39,640 nucleotides of DNA, from IMG/VR virus record IMGVR_UViG_3300017589_000114, positions 1 through 39,640 of that record. One strand, 5' to 3'. Source of the DNA: a virus (Duplodnaviria > Caudoviricetes). The notes beneath the pieces are model-generated. The model was not told where the DNA came from, made no database searches, and saw only the letters and a program-made list of their open reading frames with translations. Shown one piece after another: positions 27,357-35,850 of the stretch. How positions within the stretch are numbered: the stretch's first letter is position 1; the number at the start of each line of letters is the position of its first letter. A program made the translations under genes and the position numbers.

Positions 27357-28491
27357 TCTCCTCCAATATTTCGTTAAATTCGTTTTTTACGTTTGATACA
27401 TTCATTGACAGACGCTTATCAGAAATCGGAACCAGAGTCGGTTTTCCCGGTGGTTTATATACGAGGTTTCCTAAGATTTCCTCAAATTTCGTCTTGCCCA
27501 TAAGTTTTTGCATTTCTGTAAGTGTAATAAGACTTTGACGGTATATATCCTTGTAGCCGCATGCCTTGGCTGTTTCAGCCACAGCATTTTCATCCTTATA
27601 TTTCCGTACAGAACGTCCCTCTACTACCTTAAAGCCACTCCACTCCTTACCGTGATTAACTGCAGCATCTGTAGCAAAAGAAATAATTTCATTTGCCCAC
27701 TTTGTTAGGTCGGATAATTTTGATAGAATATCCTCAATTTCAAAGTCTGTAAGTAAGGGTGGCATTTTAAATTCGTGTTTCGCTATTTCTAAATTATATT
27801 CTGAACGTGCTCGGCATTTAACAGCCGCCCTACAAAAGGTACACCACTCACCGGGAAGATATTCACCTTCTCCTTCAAATGCCATCAATGCCTTTGGTTT
27901 TAGTTCATCTTCTGCCCAGTTTTTTAATTCCTTTACGGATATAGTCCATGTGCTGACATTCTCCCTACGTGGTTGGAAGATGGTCATGGAAACCTCCTCA
28001 ATGTCATATAGGCTATCGTAGATTTCCAAAGCTCCAAGTGCATACAGTTTCATCTGCGGGTTATCCACCACATCTACCAACACTCCCATGCCATACTTAA
28101 AATCGATAATATGAAGCCTTTTATCGGCAATGATGATGCAGTCACCGGTTCCGAATCCCTGCGGCACATAACAAGAAAAATCAAGACGTTGTTCAATAAG
28201 TACCAGCGGGTCCGTACAGCATTGCTTTGCAATTTCAAGTTGTTCCATTACAAATTCTACATAGGCATCACAGTGTTCTTCCATTTCATCAGTGTTATAA
28301 TTTGAAACTGGTCTCTTGCTCCTTATGCGAAGTGCCTTTTTTAGCTTATGTTCACAAAGAGCGTGAGCGGCGGTACCTTCAGCCGCTGCGTTGGATTCAT
28401 TATTTGCAAATTCTAACTCCAATCTTGCAGATGGAAGGCACTGAAGCCACCTGTGTGCTCCAGATGCTGAAAGTATTGCGTGATTACTCAT
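27343..28491 (-). CDS. DUF2800 family PD-(D/E)XK (Cas4-like) nuclease (start probably 28491)
   Basis: HA.LSASG..RWL.C, EGTAAH, GTGDC, IIDFKYG, QMKLYALG, C.FC.....C.AR. Confidence 0.9.
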   Translation of the reverse strand: MSNHAILSASGAHRWLQCLPSARLELEFANNESNAAAEGTAAHALCEHKLKKALRIRSKRPVSNYNTDEMEEHCDAYVEFVMEQLEIAKQCCTDPLVLIEQRLDFSCYVPQGFGTGDCIIIADKRLHIIDFKYGMGVLVDVVDNPQMKLYALGALEIYDSLYDIEEVSMTIFQPRRENVSTWTISVKELKNWAEDELKPKALMAFEGEGEYLPGEWCTFCRAAVKCRARSEYNLEIAKHEFKMPPLLTDFEIEDILSKLSDLTKWANEIISFATDAAVNHGKEWSGFKVVEGRSVRKYKDENAVAETAKACGYKDIYRQSLITLTEMQKLMGKTKFEEILGNLVYKPPGKPTLVPISDKRLSMNVSNVKNEFNEILEENENE

Positions 28492-28807
28492 TTCTAAGTA
28501 CCTCCGCATCCTTTAAAACATCTGCATAATACTCGGGTGCAATTTCACTTAATTTGGTGCCGCCATATTTTTCAATTATCTTTCTAACTTCAGCTGTAAA
28601 GCCGGCTTGGCTCTTTTCAGCAAGTTTTGCTCTGACCTCCTCTAACGTGATTTCCTTTTTCTTTGGTTTAGGATTTTTTTCATTTTTAACTGGTTCAGTT
28701 ATTTCGACAGGTTCATTGCCCGCCATCGCATCAGCAACTGCTTGTATACTGCCTGCCAAAGAACGCATATCTGAAACCACATCAAGAAGTAGCTTTATTT
28801 TGCTCAT
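28484..28807 (-). CDS. Conserved phage replication-module protein
   Basis: ITLEEVRAKLA..S..G....VR.II.KYG..KLSEI; synteny before DUF2800. Confidence 0.8.
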   Translation of the reverse strand: MSKIKLLLDVVSDMRSLAGSIQAVADAMAGNEPVEITEPVKNEKNPKPKKKEITLEEVRAKLAEKSQAGFTAEVRKIIEKYGGTKLSEIAPEYYADVLKDAEVLRNE

Positions 28808-29009
28808 GGTTTATTCCTCCTTCCTCAGTCTCACAGATGGAGAGTTCCTGTACCCTATCACCTGGGACAAGAATAGTTATTTTTTGCTTATCACCAAGTA
28901 AGAAACGAAGGAAACGCTCCCTTATGGTGATATTGCGGCAGGTTATAATCCCGCCATACTGTGGATGTTTTGAAACACTGATTTTCAAATTGTGTCTCAT
29001 ATTGTTCAC
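28782..29009 (-). CDS. Conserved phage hypothetical protein
   Basis: H.LKISVSK and IRERFLRFLLG....ITILVPGD.V; RBS GAGGTG. Confidence 0.75.
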   Translation of the reverse strand: MNNMRHNLKISVSKHPQYGGIITCRNITIRERFLRFLLGDKQKITILVPGDRVQELSICETEEGGINHEQNKATS

Positions 29010-29035
29010 CTCTTTCCGAGAGCGTTTATTCGTTG

Positions 29036-29080
29036 CCCTCTATTTATTAGCCTTGGGAAGAAGTGAAAGTTGAGGAATTT
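29036..29080 (-). promoter_or_regulatory. Repeat copy 2, putative phage-sigma-dependent promoter overlapping the end of the sigma gene
   Basis: Shares TCCTCAACTTTCA and GGCTA.T/A.A.TAGAGGG-like blocks with 24736-24780 at identical spacing. Confidence 0.6.
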
Positions 29081-29580
29081 GGAAAAGCTTTTTTGAAATT
29101 CTTCTTTGCTGTATCTAGACGGTGTGAAATTGCACTCTTACTGACACCTTCACGTTCAGCATATTCTGTTACAGGAATCCCATCTAAGTAAATAGCAATC
29201 AAAGGTTCGGCATGTTTTGGTTTGAGGTTCTTGCGAATAACATCACAGACACATTCATACTCTGCTTGCTTCTCCCAAGTCTTTTCATCCGAATTGTCAG
29301 GGAAAAAGTCCATATGATCCGTCTCATCCTCGGAATCCTCATCCTTTCTAAAAGGTTTCTTTGGTATACCGTAGTGCCTGTCGAATTTGTGCCAGTTGTT
29401 GTATTCCGGTTTGTTGAACAGCTCATCAATAATTTCTTGTACAGAGCGACGAGTCACATTTTCCTGGTCTTCTGCAATTGAAAGGCGTTCTTCATAATCA
29501 GCATCAATCATAACGGTTAAGTCTTCGTCTGGTACCTCCAGATAGGTGGGTTTGTTGTCGTACAGAATTCTAATTCTCAT
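29047..29580 (-). CDS. Phage sigma-70-like factor/regulator with region-4 HTH (start 29580, 177 aa)
   Basis: C-terminal YLDG....EYAEREGVSKSAISHRL..AKK; RBS AAAGGA before ATG 29580; first gene of the early operon. Confidence 0.8.
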   Translation of the reverse strand: MRIRILYDNKPTYLEVPDEDLTVMIDADYEERLSIAEDQENVTRRSVQEIIDELFNKPEYNNWHKFDRHYGIPKKPFRKDEDSEDETDHMDFFPDNSDEKTWEKQAEYECVCDVIRKNLKPKHAEPLIAIYLDGIPVTEYAEREGVSKSAISHRLDTAKKNFKKAFPNSSTFTSSQG

Positions 29581-29588
29581 TTTTTTGC

Positions 29589-29660
29589 ATCCTTTCCGCC
29601 GGACTGCATTGGCGGCAAAGGATACACACAAAAAGGTCTGTGCTTTGAAGTACACAGACC
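29589..29660 (-). promoter_or_regulatory. Leader of the sigma gene: intrinsic terminator plus RBS-sequestering hairpin
   Basis: GGTCTGTG/CACAGACC stem (29635-29660) followed by TTTTT on the minus strand; ATCCTTTCCGCC/GGCGGCAAAGGAT stem (29589-29623) contains the RBS. Confidence 0.6.
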
Positions 29661-29871
29661 CATTTATCCTAAAAAAGAGCGCAACAAGGGAAGGTACTTC
29701 TATTGCAACGCACCAGTTCCTGAGAATGGGTCGAAGCAATATGTATCCTTTGCCTTATTGCAAATCAGGCATTTGATATTTTTTTATAGACAGGAAGCGG
29801 TCGATTTTTCTTCTTACGAAGGACTTTTCCTTTGTCTAATTTAAATTATACTGATTCAAACACGATATGTC

Positions 29872-29910
29872 CTCAGCCACAACTCTGCTGTCGCTCCGCT
29901 GTGACTCAGC
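29872..29910. repeat. Four CTCNGC direct repeats at exact 11-bp spacing
   Basis: CTCAGC 29872, CTCTGC 29883, CTCCGC 29894, CTCAGC 29905; a leftward TATAAT lies at 29850-29845. Confidence 0.75.
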
Positions 29911-29986
29911 AATTTCATTTCCTTTTTCTTGTAAAAATTAAAGCTCAGCATTTGTAAAGTCGGAATCAGCATATTTAGATTTATGA

Positions 29987-30015
29987 TTGTAAATAGCTTA
30001 GTAATTTGTTATAAT
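29987..30015 (+). promoter_or_regulatory. SigmaA promoter with extended -10 for the rightward defence operon
   Basis: TTGTAA, 17 bp, TATAAT, with TG at 30007-30008. Confidence 0.75.
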
Positions 30016-30067
30016 AGTAAAGGTACACGTCTTTGAATACCATCCAGTAATGCATGGAGGCGATATT

Positions 30068-30286
30068 ATGGGATTTAGTTATAACAAGCTTTGGAAGCTT
30101 TTAATTGATAAAAAAATGATGAAAAAAGATTTAATGGCAAAGACGAATCTAACATCAACAACGATGGCGAAAATGAGTAAAGATTTTCCAGTAAGCATGG
30201 ATGTGTTAGCAAGAATATGTAAGGCTCTTGCAGTTAACATAGGTGACATTGTTGACTATGTTGAAGATGATACGCCAAAAAACTAA
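30068..30286 (+). CDS. Cro/C1-type (XRE, HTH_26-like) regulator, 72 aa
   Basis: SYNKLWKLLIDK.M.K.DL and VL.RICKAL...IGDIV; RBS GGAGG. Confidence 0.92.
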   Translation: MGFSYNKLWKLLIDKKMMKKDLMAKTNLTSTTMAKMSKDFPVSMDVLARICKALAVNIGDIVDYVEDDTPKN

Positions 30287-30310
30287 AATTATTGAAAAGG
30301 AGCGCAATAT

Positions 30311-31549
30311 GTGAAAAAGTTATGTTTTGGTACTTTTGCAGCAGTTTTAAAGAAATGTATAGTAAAAAGAGTTACACAAAAGCGTTTGTTAGGTACAATG
30401 CTGCTTTCTATTGCGCCCAATTATGATATTCGTGGCGACGATGGTACAGTTTCAGATTTAATACTTGGAAAAAAAAATCTATCGCCCATCGTGACTGATG
30501 CTGCTCCAGAGGTAGATCCTCATGCTATCTCAGATTATTTTAAGCAAAACATCAGTTCTATGTTAGATAGCAACAAAAGGAGCCTCATCATTCTTGCTCT
30601 GAAAGACATTATTTTGTCTGACGATACTATTGAACCTGATACAATAGTTGAAAAAGTAAATGGTATGACAAAAGAGACATTATTAAGACATAATGCTTTT
30701 GTTTTAGAGGATTTCCTAGCTGGATTCTTTCTATATACAGTGCTCAATGTCGAAAACCGAAATTGTGAAGATAGTGTTATTGAAATAACCGATGAGTACA
30801 TACAGTCTTTTGATAGTCAAAAAATGAACATAAGCTTTATCACGACTTATAGTAACTTTTCTATAGAGACTGCTCATGATATTGCGATTGATGCTCACAC
30901 TTTGGTGTTATTAACAGAAACAGGTGGTAAATGTCAAAAGTGCAGCAGAATTTTAGGTGTGAAAAAAGATGCAAACGATGTTAACTATGCTAAGGTTGTT
31001 CGCCTGTCTGAAACAGATGACGTTGTTCTATGTGTTGACTGTGAACGCGAAATTCAAAATGCTTCTGAGGAAATAAAACTAGCTTTACTATCTGAAAAGC
31101 ATGACTTGGAAATTCTTATGGCAGCTCGAGATGCAACCTCCAGATATACGATAGAAAAGCAAATTGAACAAGTACTTCGGGAAGTCGATTTAATGAATGT
31201 TACAGATGATACACAACTTAAAATCGAACCCGTTAAGGTTGAGAATAAAATTACTGAAAAGCGCTTGAGAGAACGGGTTCTTTTTGATGTTCGGCGGTTA
31301 TATGAAGGGGTCAATGATGCATTAGATCGGCTTGCCGGCGAAAATAAATTAAACGTGGACAAGTTTGCTAAAAGTGTTAAGCGGATGTATGAAGATGCAA
31401 GCGAATCACATATATCACAAAGCGCTATTTACAACCTGCTTGTTGATACATTGTTTGAAAAGACAGGACGCAAATATAGAGAAGCATGTGAGATAATAAT
31501 CTCCTACTTCATTCAAAGGTGTGAGGTGTTCGATGAGATTACCAAATAA
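30311..31549 (+). CDS. ABC-three-component (Lamassu LmuA-like) effector: unknown N-terminal domain, degenerate HNH, ABC-3C C-terminal domain
   Basis: GGKCQKC...VLCVDC zinc cysteines; C-terminus EACEIIISYFIQRCEVF; upstream of a small gene and an ABC ATPase. Confidence 0.75.
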   Translation: MKKLCFGTFAAVLKKCIVKRVTQKRLLGTMLLSIAPNYDIRGDDGTVSDLILGKKNLSPIVTDAAPEVDPHAISDYFKQNISSMLDSNKRSLIILALKDIILSDDTIEPDTIVEKVNGMTKETLLRHNAFVLEDFLAGFFLYTVLNVENRNCEDSVIEITDEYIQSFDSQKMNISFITTYSNFSIETAHDIAIDAHTLVLLTETGGKCQKCSRILGVKKDANDVNYAKVVRLSETDDVVLCVDCEREIQNASEEIKLALLSEKHDLEILMAARDATSRYTIEKQIEQVLREVDLMNVTDDTQLKIEPVKVENKITEKRLRERVLFDVRRLYEGVNDALDRLAGENKLNVDKFAKSVKRMYEDASESHISQSAIYNLLVDTLFEKTGRKYREACEIIISYFIQRCEVFDEITK

Positions 31550-31772
31550 AGTAACATCCTATGCAAATAGCATTATTGCCTTTTTCCCAGATATATTAGA
31601 GGCATTGGCACAACAGGATATGTCTCCAAAAAAACTTTTTGAATTAACCACGTTACGCAAAAATGACATGGCTGACTTTCTAAATGCCTTAGACTGCTTG
31701 TTTGCATTAGGTAAAATCGAACTTATTGAGGAAGGGAGGGTACTACGCTATGTTAAAAGAGATTCAATGTGA
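31533..31772 (+). CDS. ABC-three-component middle component (LmuC-like), 79 aa
   Basis: MRLPNKVTSY..S and FLNALDCLFALGKIEL; overlaps both neighbours; RBS GAGGTG. Confidence 0.8.
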   Translation: MRLPNKVTSYANSIIAFFPDILEALAQQDMSPKKLFELTTLRKNDMADFLNALDCLFALGKIELIEEGRVLRYVKRDSM

Positions 31773-33387
31773 GAAATTTGCTACAGATCATCAAATTATC
31801 CAGTTTAACTCAGGGCTAAATACAGTTTTAGGCAGTGCAGGCGGCAGTAATGCTATAGGAAAATCAACATTTCTTTGGATCATAGATTATGCATTTGGTG
31901 GTAATAGCTACTACTCTCTGGCTGATGACATTAAAAAAGAAATAGGACCACACACAATATATTTTACTTTCGAATTTGATGAACAATTATACTATTTCTA
32001 TAGAAGTACTGATGATCCTAAAAATGTTTATCGCAGTGATAAAGAACATCATTTTATTATGAAGTTAACACTTGACGATTATAAAAGCTTTTTGTTTCAG
32101 GAATATAAAATTGGACTTCCATCCCTTACGTTTTCAGAAATAACTGAGCGTTTTTTCCGTATTTATGGACGTGAAAACACGCTGGAAAAATATCCGTTGC
32201 TTATAAAACCTCGTGAGCATGACGAAAAGGCTGTAGATTTTCTATTAAAATTATTTGGACATTATAAAATTCTTGCTTCTATGAAAATAATGGAAGAAGA
32301 ACTCGGAGTTAAAGCTTCTCAGTTCAAAGCTCGTCAACATCAGAAGGTTGACGTAGAGAAAATTGAAAACAATAAAAAAACTATTGATTCATTAAAGAAG
32401 AGACTCCAGAAGCTTATGAAAAACAATGAAATAGCTCAATTAGCAATGTTTGGTTATGATACTCAAACATTTGAAAGAATAACAACTGTTCAAAAAGAAT
32501 TGAATAGCCTTGTACGTAAGCGTAATCGCCTGCAATCACAGTTAAATGCTATTAAAAGCAATATCAGCGATAGCAAAGTTGAGACTATAAGCGAATTTGA
32601 ATCCTTGGTACATTTCTTTCCAAATGCTAATTTAAAAGGATTTGAAGAAATTGAACTTTTTCATCAGAAAATCAAGGAGATTTTAGGTGAAGAAATAGAT
32701 CAGGAAATCGAGAGATTACAACCAATAATTAATCAATATGATATAGAAATTAGACGTCTCAATCATAAAATTGAAGAATCTGGTTTAGCTAAAGAGATGT
32801 CAGAAAGACTACTCTCCCAGTGTGTTAATGTATCCAGAAGTATTGAAAGACTTGAAGAGGAAACAGCCGAGTTGATTCATCAAAAAGAATTGCAAGATAA
32901 TCGTGGTGAGGCAGAACATAAGCTAGAACTACTGTTCCTACAACAAACTGAAAAGTTGGATGAGATACAAAATGACATAAATATTCGCATGGAAATAATA
33001 AATGGTGTTGTAACTGAACAACAGGAAACTGCTCCTCTATTATATATCACTCCCCAAAAGGAAATTATCTTTGAAACGCCTGGCAATACAAGTGAAGGAA
33101 CTGCATTTAAGAGTCTTGTTGTTTATGATTTAAGTGCACAAGAATTATGTCCAATCCCTGCGCTCATTCATGATTCTAATATTCTAAAGCGTATTGAGGA
33201 TGTTCATTTAGAGCATATATTGGAAATTTATCAATCCAGAAGACGCCAGGTTTTCATAGCGTTTGATAAAGCTGATTCTACAACTGAGAAAGCGCATAAG
33301 ATTATAGAGGAAACAGCAATTTTACGCTTATCGGACGGAAATGAACTTTTTGGTCGTTCGTGGAGTAAGTTCGAATCGAATGATTAA
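31750..33387 (+). CDS. DUF2326-like SMC/ABC ATPase (LmuB-like), 545 aa
   Basis: Walker A SNAIGKST, long central coiled coil, signature-like TSEGTAFK, Walker B LIHDS, QVFIAFDK. Confidence 0.85.
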   Translation: MLKEIQCEKFATDHQIIQFNSGLNTVLGSAGGSNAIGKSTFLWIIDYAFGGNSYYSLADDIKKEIGPHTIYFTFEFDEQLYYFYRSTDDPKNVYRSDKEHHFIMKLTLDDYKSFLFQEYKIGLPSLTFSEITERFFRIYGRENTLEKYPLLIKPREHDEKAVDFLLKLFGHYKILASMKIMEEELGVKASQFKARQHQKVDVEKIENNKKTIDSLKKRLQKLMKNNEIAQLAMFGYDTQTFERITTVQKELNSLVRKRNRLQSQLNAIKSNISDSKVETISEFESLVHFFPNANLKGFEEIELFHQKIKEILGEEIDQEIERLQPIINQYDIEIRRLNHKIEESGLAKEMSERLLSQCVNVSRSIERLEEETAELIHQKELQDNRGEAEHKLELLFLQQTEKLDEIQNDINIRMEIINGVVTEQQETAPLLYITPQKEIIFETPGNTSEGTAFKSLVVYDLSAQELCPIPALIHDSNILKRIEDVHLEHILEIYQSRRRQVFIAFDKADSTTEKAHKIIEETAILRLSDGNELFGRSWSKFESND

Positions 33388-33405
33388 ATATAGGAGGAAC
33401 TAAAT

Positions 33406-35850
33406 ATGGCTGCAATTAATGATTTACTGCGTCAAATCCCCGATACTTCTTTGCGTAATCGCTTGGAACAAGAATTTGCACGCATATCAAAAAATAAAAA
33501 ATTTGGACTTGTATTCGAGGAACATATTCCTGAATGTACTCCTCTTTACCAAGTTGCCATTAAACGTGGCTCTACGGTTGCACTAAAAACAGGTCACATT
33601 AATGATGTATATACAGTGCTAAAATTAGATGGAGAAAATGCACTTTGCCGTAACAAGGCATCAGGAGATATTATTGACAAATCACTAACAGAGTTAGTTT
33701 CAGTTGCTCAGTTCGGTGAACCAATATTCCCCACGCTTCAACCAATTGATTATGTAGATAATGCCCCTGATAGCAACTTATGGCATACAATTATTCAAGC
33801 TGACAATTACCATGCTCTACAGTTACTAGAATACTTATACCCAAAGCAGGTAGACTGCATTTATATTGATCCGCCATATAACACAGGTGCGAGAGATTGG
33901 AAATATAACAACGACTATGTAGATTCCAAAGATAACTGGCGTCACAGTAAATGGCTTTCAATGATGCAAAAACGACTTAAACTTGCAAAGCGGATTTTAA
34001 ACCCTCAAACTGGTGTATTAATTGTTACTATTGATGAAAATGAAGTTCATTATCTTCGTACTCTACTTGAAGATATTTTTCCGGAGGCATACATCCAAAT
34101 GGTTACTATTGTGATTAATCCAAAGGGTGTTGCAAGTGGAAAATTTGCTCGAGTTGAAGAATATGCTTTCTTTTGCTTTATGCCTCAAGCTCAATTGTCT
34201 AAACTTGAGGATTCAATGCTGGGTGAAAAAGAGACAACTAAGAAAGTTCGATGGTCAGTACTTCTGCGTTCAGGCACTGATGCTCAACGTGAAGATAGTA
34301 AAAATCAATTTTATCCCATTCTTGTTGATGCTAAGAGGCACCGCGTTGTAAAAGCGCTTGATTTCTTGCCACTGCCTGAACACCCTGATTTAGATGCAAA
34401 AATTGATGGATATGATGTTGCATGGCCTATTCGTACTGATAATTCTGAAGGAAGGTGGATGGTAAGTTCTGCAACCTTAAATGAACTGATAGAAAAGGGA
34501 TTTGTGGCTTTGGGCGGATATGATAAAAAAAGAAAAACATGGGCTGTCCGTTATTTAAGTGAGAAAACAAGGAATCAAATTGATAGTGAAAAAATTTCTG
34601 TAATTGGGTATGATGAAGTAAAAAATATTGTTGAGGTAGAATATGTAAGTGATCGGACACAGGAGGTACGAACTGTATGGAATCGTGCTTTACATAATGC
34701 AGGCACATATGGTTCTGAAGCACTGTCAAAATTAATAGGACACACAAACAGTTTTTCTTTTCCCAAATCTTTATATGCAGTTCATGATACACTATCAACA
34801 ATAGTTAAAGATAATCCAAACTCTCTTATTGTTGACTTTTTTGCAGGTAGTGGAACTACATTGCATGCTGTAAACTTGCTTAACGCAGAGGATAATGGAA
34901 AACGTCGCTGTATTTTAGTGACAAATAACGAGGTATCAGAGGCTGAATCAAAAGACTTAAAAAGAAATGGTTACAATCCTGGTGACATGGAGTGGGAAAA
35001 ACATGGAATTTGCCGTGCGGTAACCTGGCCTAGAACAAAGTTTGCCATTCATGGAAAACGTGATGATGGCACAGTCTTAATGGGTGATTACTTCACTACT
35101 CAGACTGTATCTGATAAAGTCGAACGCTCATTCTATCATTTAAGTTTTGTTGATAATCCTGCAGAGTTAAATGTAAAAAAACAAATTGTTTCTTTGCTTC
35201 GTGATAAGAAAGGGAAAACACAATTACCGCAGACATTGATAAAATCAAATAGTAAATTCATTGTGTCTGATAAACACTCTGCTTCCATTATTTTTGATGA
35301 AACTGCTGTTAATGAATGGATTGATGCACTACAAGATAAGGATCACATAACAGACTTTTACATAGTTGCAAAAGAAGTTGCAATTTTTAAAGAAATTAAA
35401 TCGCAAATATCTGACTTGCTTGGTTCTATTATTACAACATCACAAATTAAACGTCCAATGAGTGAGGGTTTTCCAACAAATGTTGAATACTTCAAGTTAG
35501 AATTTTTGGATAAAAACAGTGTGTCATTGGGGCAACAGTTCCGCGAAATACTACCATTACTTTGGCTAAAATCTGGAGCTTTAGGGAAGCGACCAGAAAT
35601 AACCAACAATGATGAACCAGAAATGTTGATTCTTCCTGAAAATGGTTTTGCTATTTTAATTGATGAAACAAAGTTCTCTGATTTTACTGATAGGATATCT
35701 AAAGAGGAAAACATTCAAGCCGTCTATTTTGTAACTAACTCTGAAGAAGCTTTTCGTGAAATGACTGCTGGAATAAAAGTAAATAACACATACCAACTGT
35801 ATCGCGATTATATCGATAACTTTGTGTTGGGAAGTAGGAGGGATTCATAA
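33406..35850 (+). CDS. mod: Type III restriction-modification-like methyltransferase (Mod)
   Basis: KFGLVFEEH, DNYHAL, IYIDPPYNTG, FSFPKS, DFFAGSGTT. Confidence 0.88.
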   Translation: MAAINDLLRQIPDTSLRNRLEQEFARISKNKKFGLVFEEHIPECTPLYQVAIKRGSTVALKTGHINDVYTVLKLDGENALCRNKASGDIIDKSLTELVSVAQFGEPIFPTLQPIDYVDNAPDSNLWHTIIQADNYHALQLLEYLYPKQVDCIYIDPPYNTGARDWKYNNDYVDSKDNWRHSKWLSMMQKRLKLAKRILNPQTGVLIVTIDENEVHYLRTLLEDIFPEAYIQMVTIVINPKGVASGKFARVEEYAFFCFMPQAQLSKLEDSMLGEKETTKKVRWSVLLRSGTDAQREDSKNQFYPILVDAKRHRVVKALDFLPLPEHPDLDAKIDGYDVAWPIRTDNSEGRWMVSSATLNELIEKGFVALGGYDKKRKTWAVRYLSEKTRNQIDSEKISVIGYDEVKNIVEVEYVSDRTQEVRTVWNRALHNAGTYGSEALSKLIGHTNSFSFPKSLYAVHDTLSTIVKDNPNSLIVDFFAGSGTTLHAVNLLNAEDNGKRRCILVTNNEVSEAESKDLKRNGYNPGDMEWEKHGICRAVTWPRTKFAIHGKRDDGTVLMGDYFTTQTVSDKVERSFYHLSFVDNPAELNVKKQIVSLLRDKKGKTQLPQTLIKSNSKFIVSDKHSASIIFDETAVNEWIDALQDKDHITDFYIVAKEVAIFKEIKSQISDLLGSIITTSQIKRPMSEGFPTNVEYFKLEFLDKNSVSLGQQFREILPLLWLKSGALGKRPEITNNDEPEMLILPENGFAILIDETKFSDFTDRISKEENIQAVYFVTNSEEAFREMTAGIKVNNTYQLYRDYIDNFVLGSRRDS

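Noticed and set aside
27343-28491. Cas4-like nuclease as evidence of CRISPR-Cas
   Set aside because: It is the usual DUF2800 gene of the replication module; no repeat-spacer array or other cas genes are visible
29581-29739. 53-aa N-terminal extension of the sigma-like ORF in the track
   Set aside because: It runs through a terminator and hairpins; the RBS supports ATG 29580
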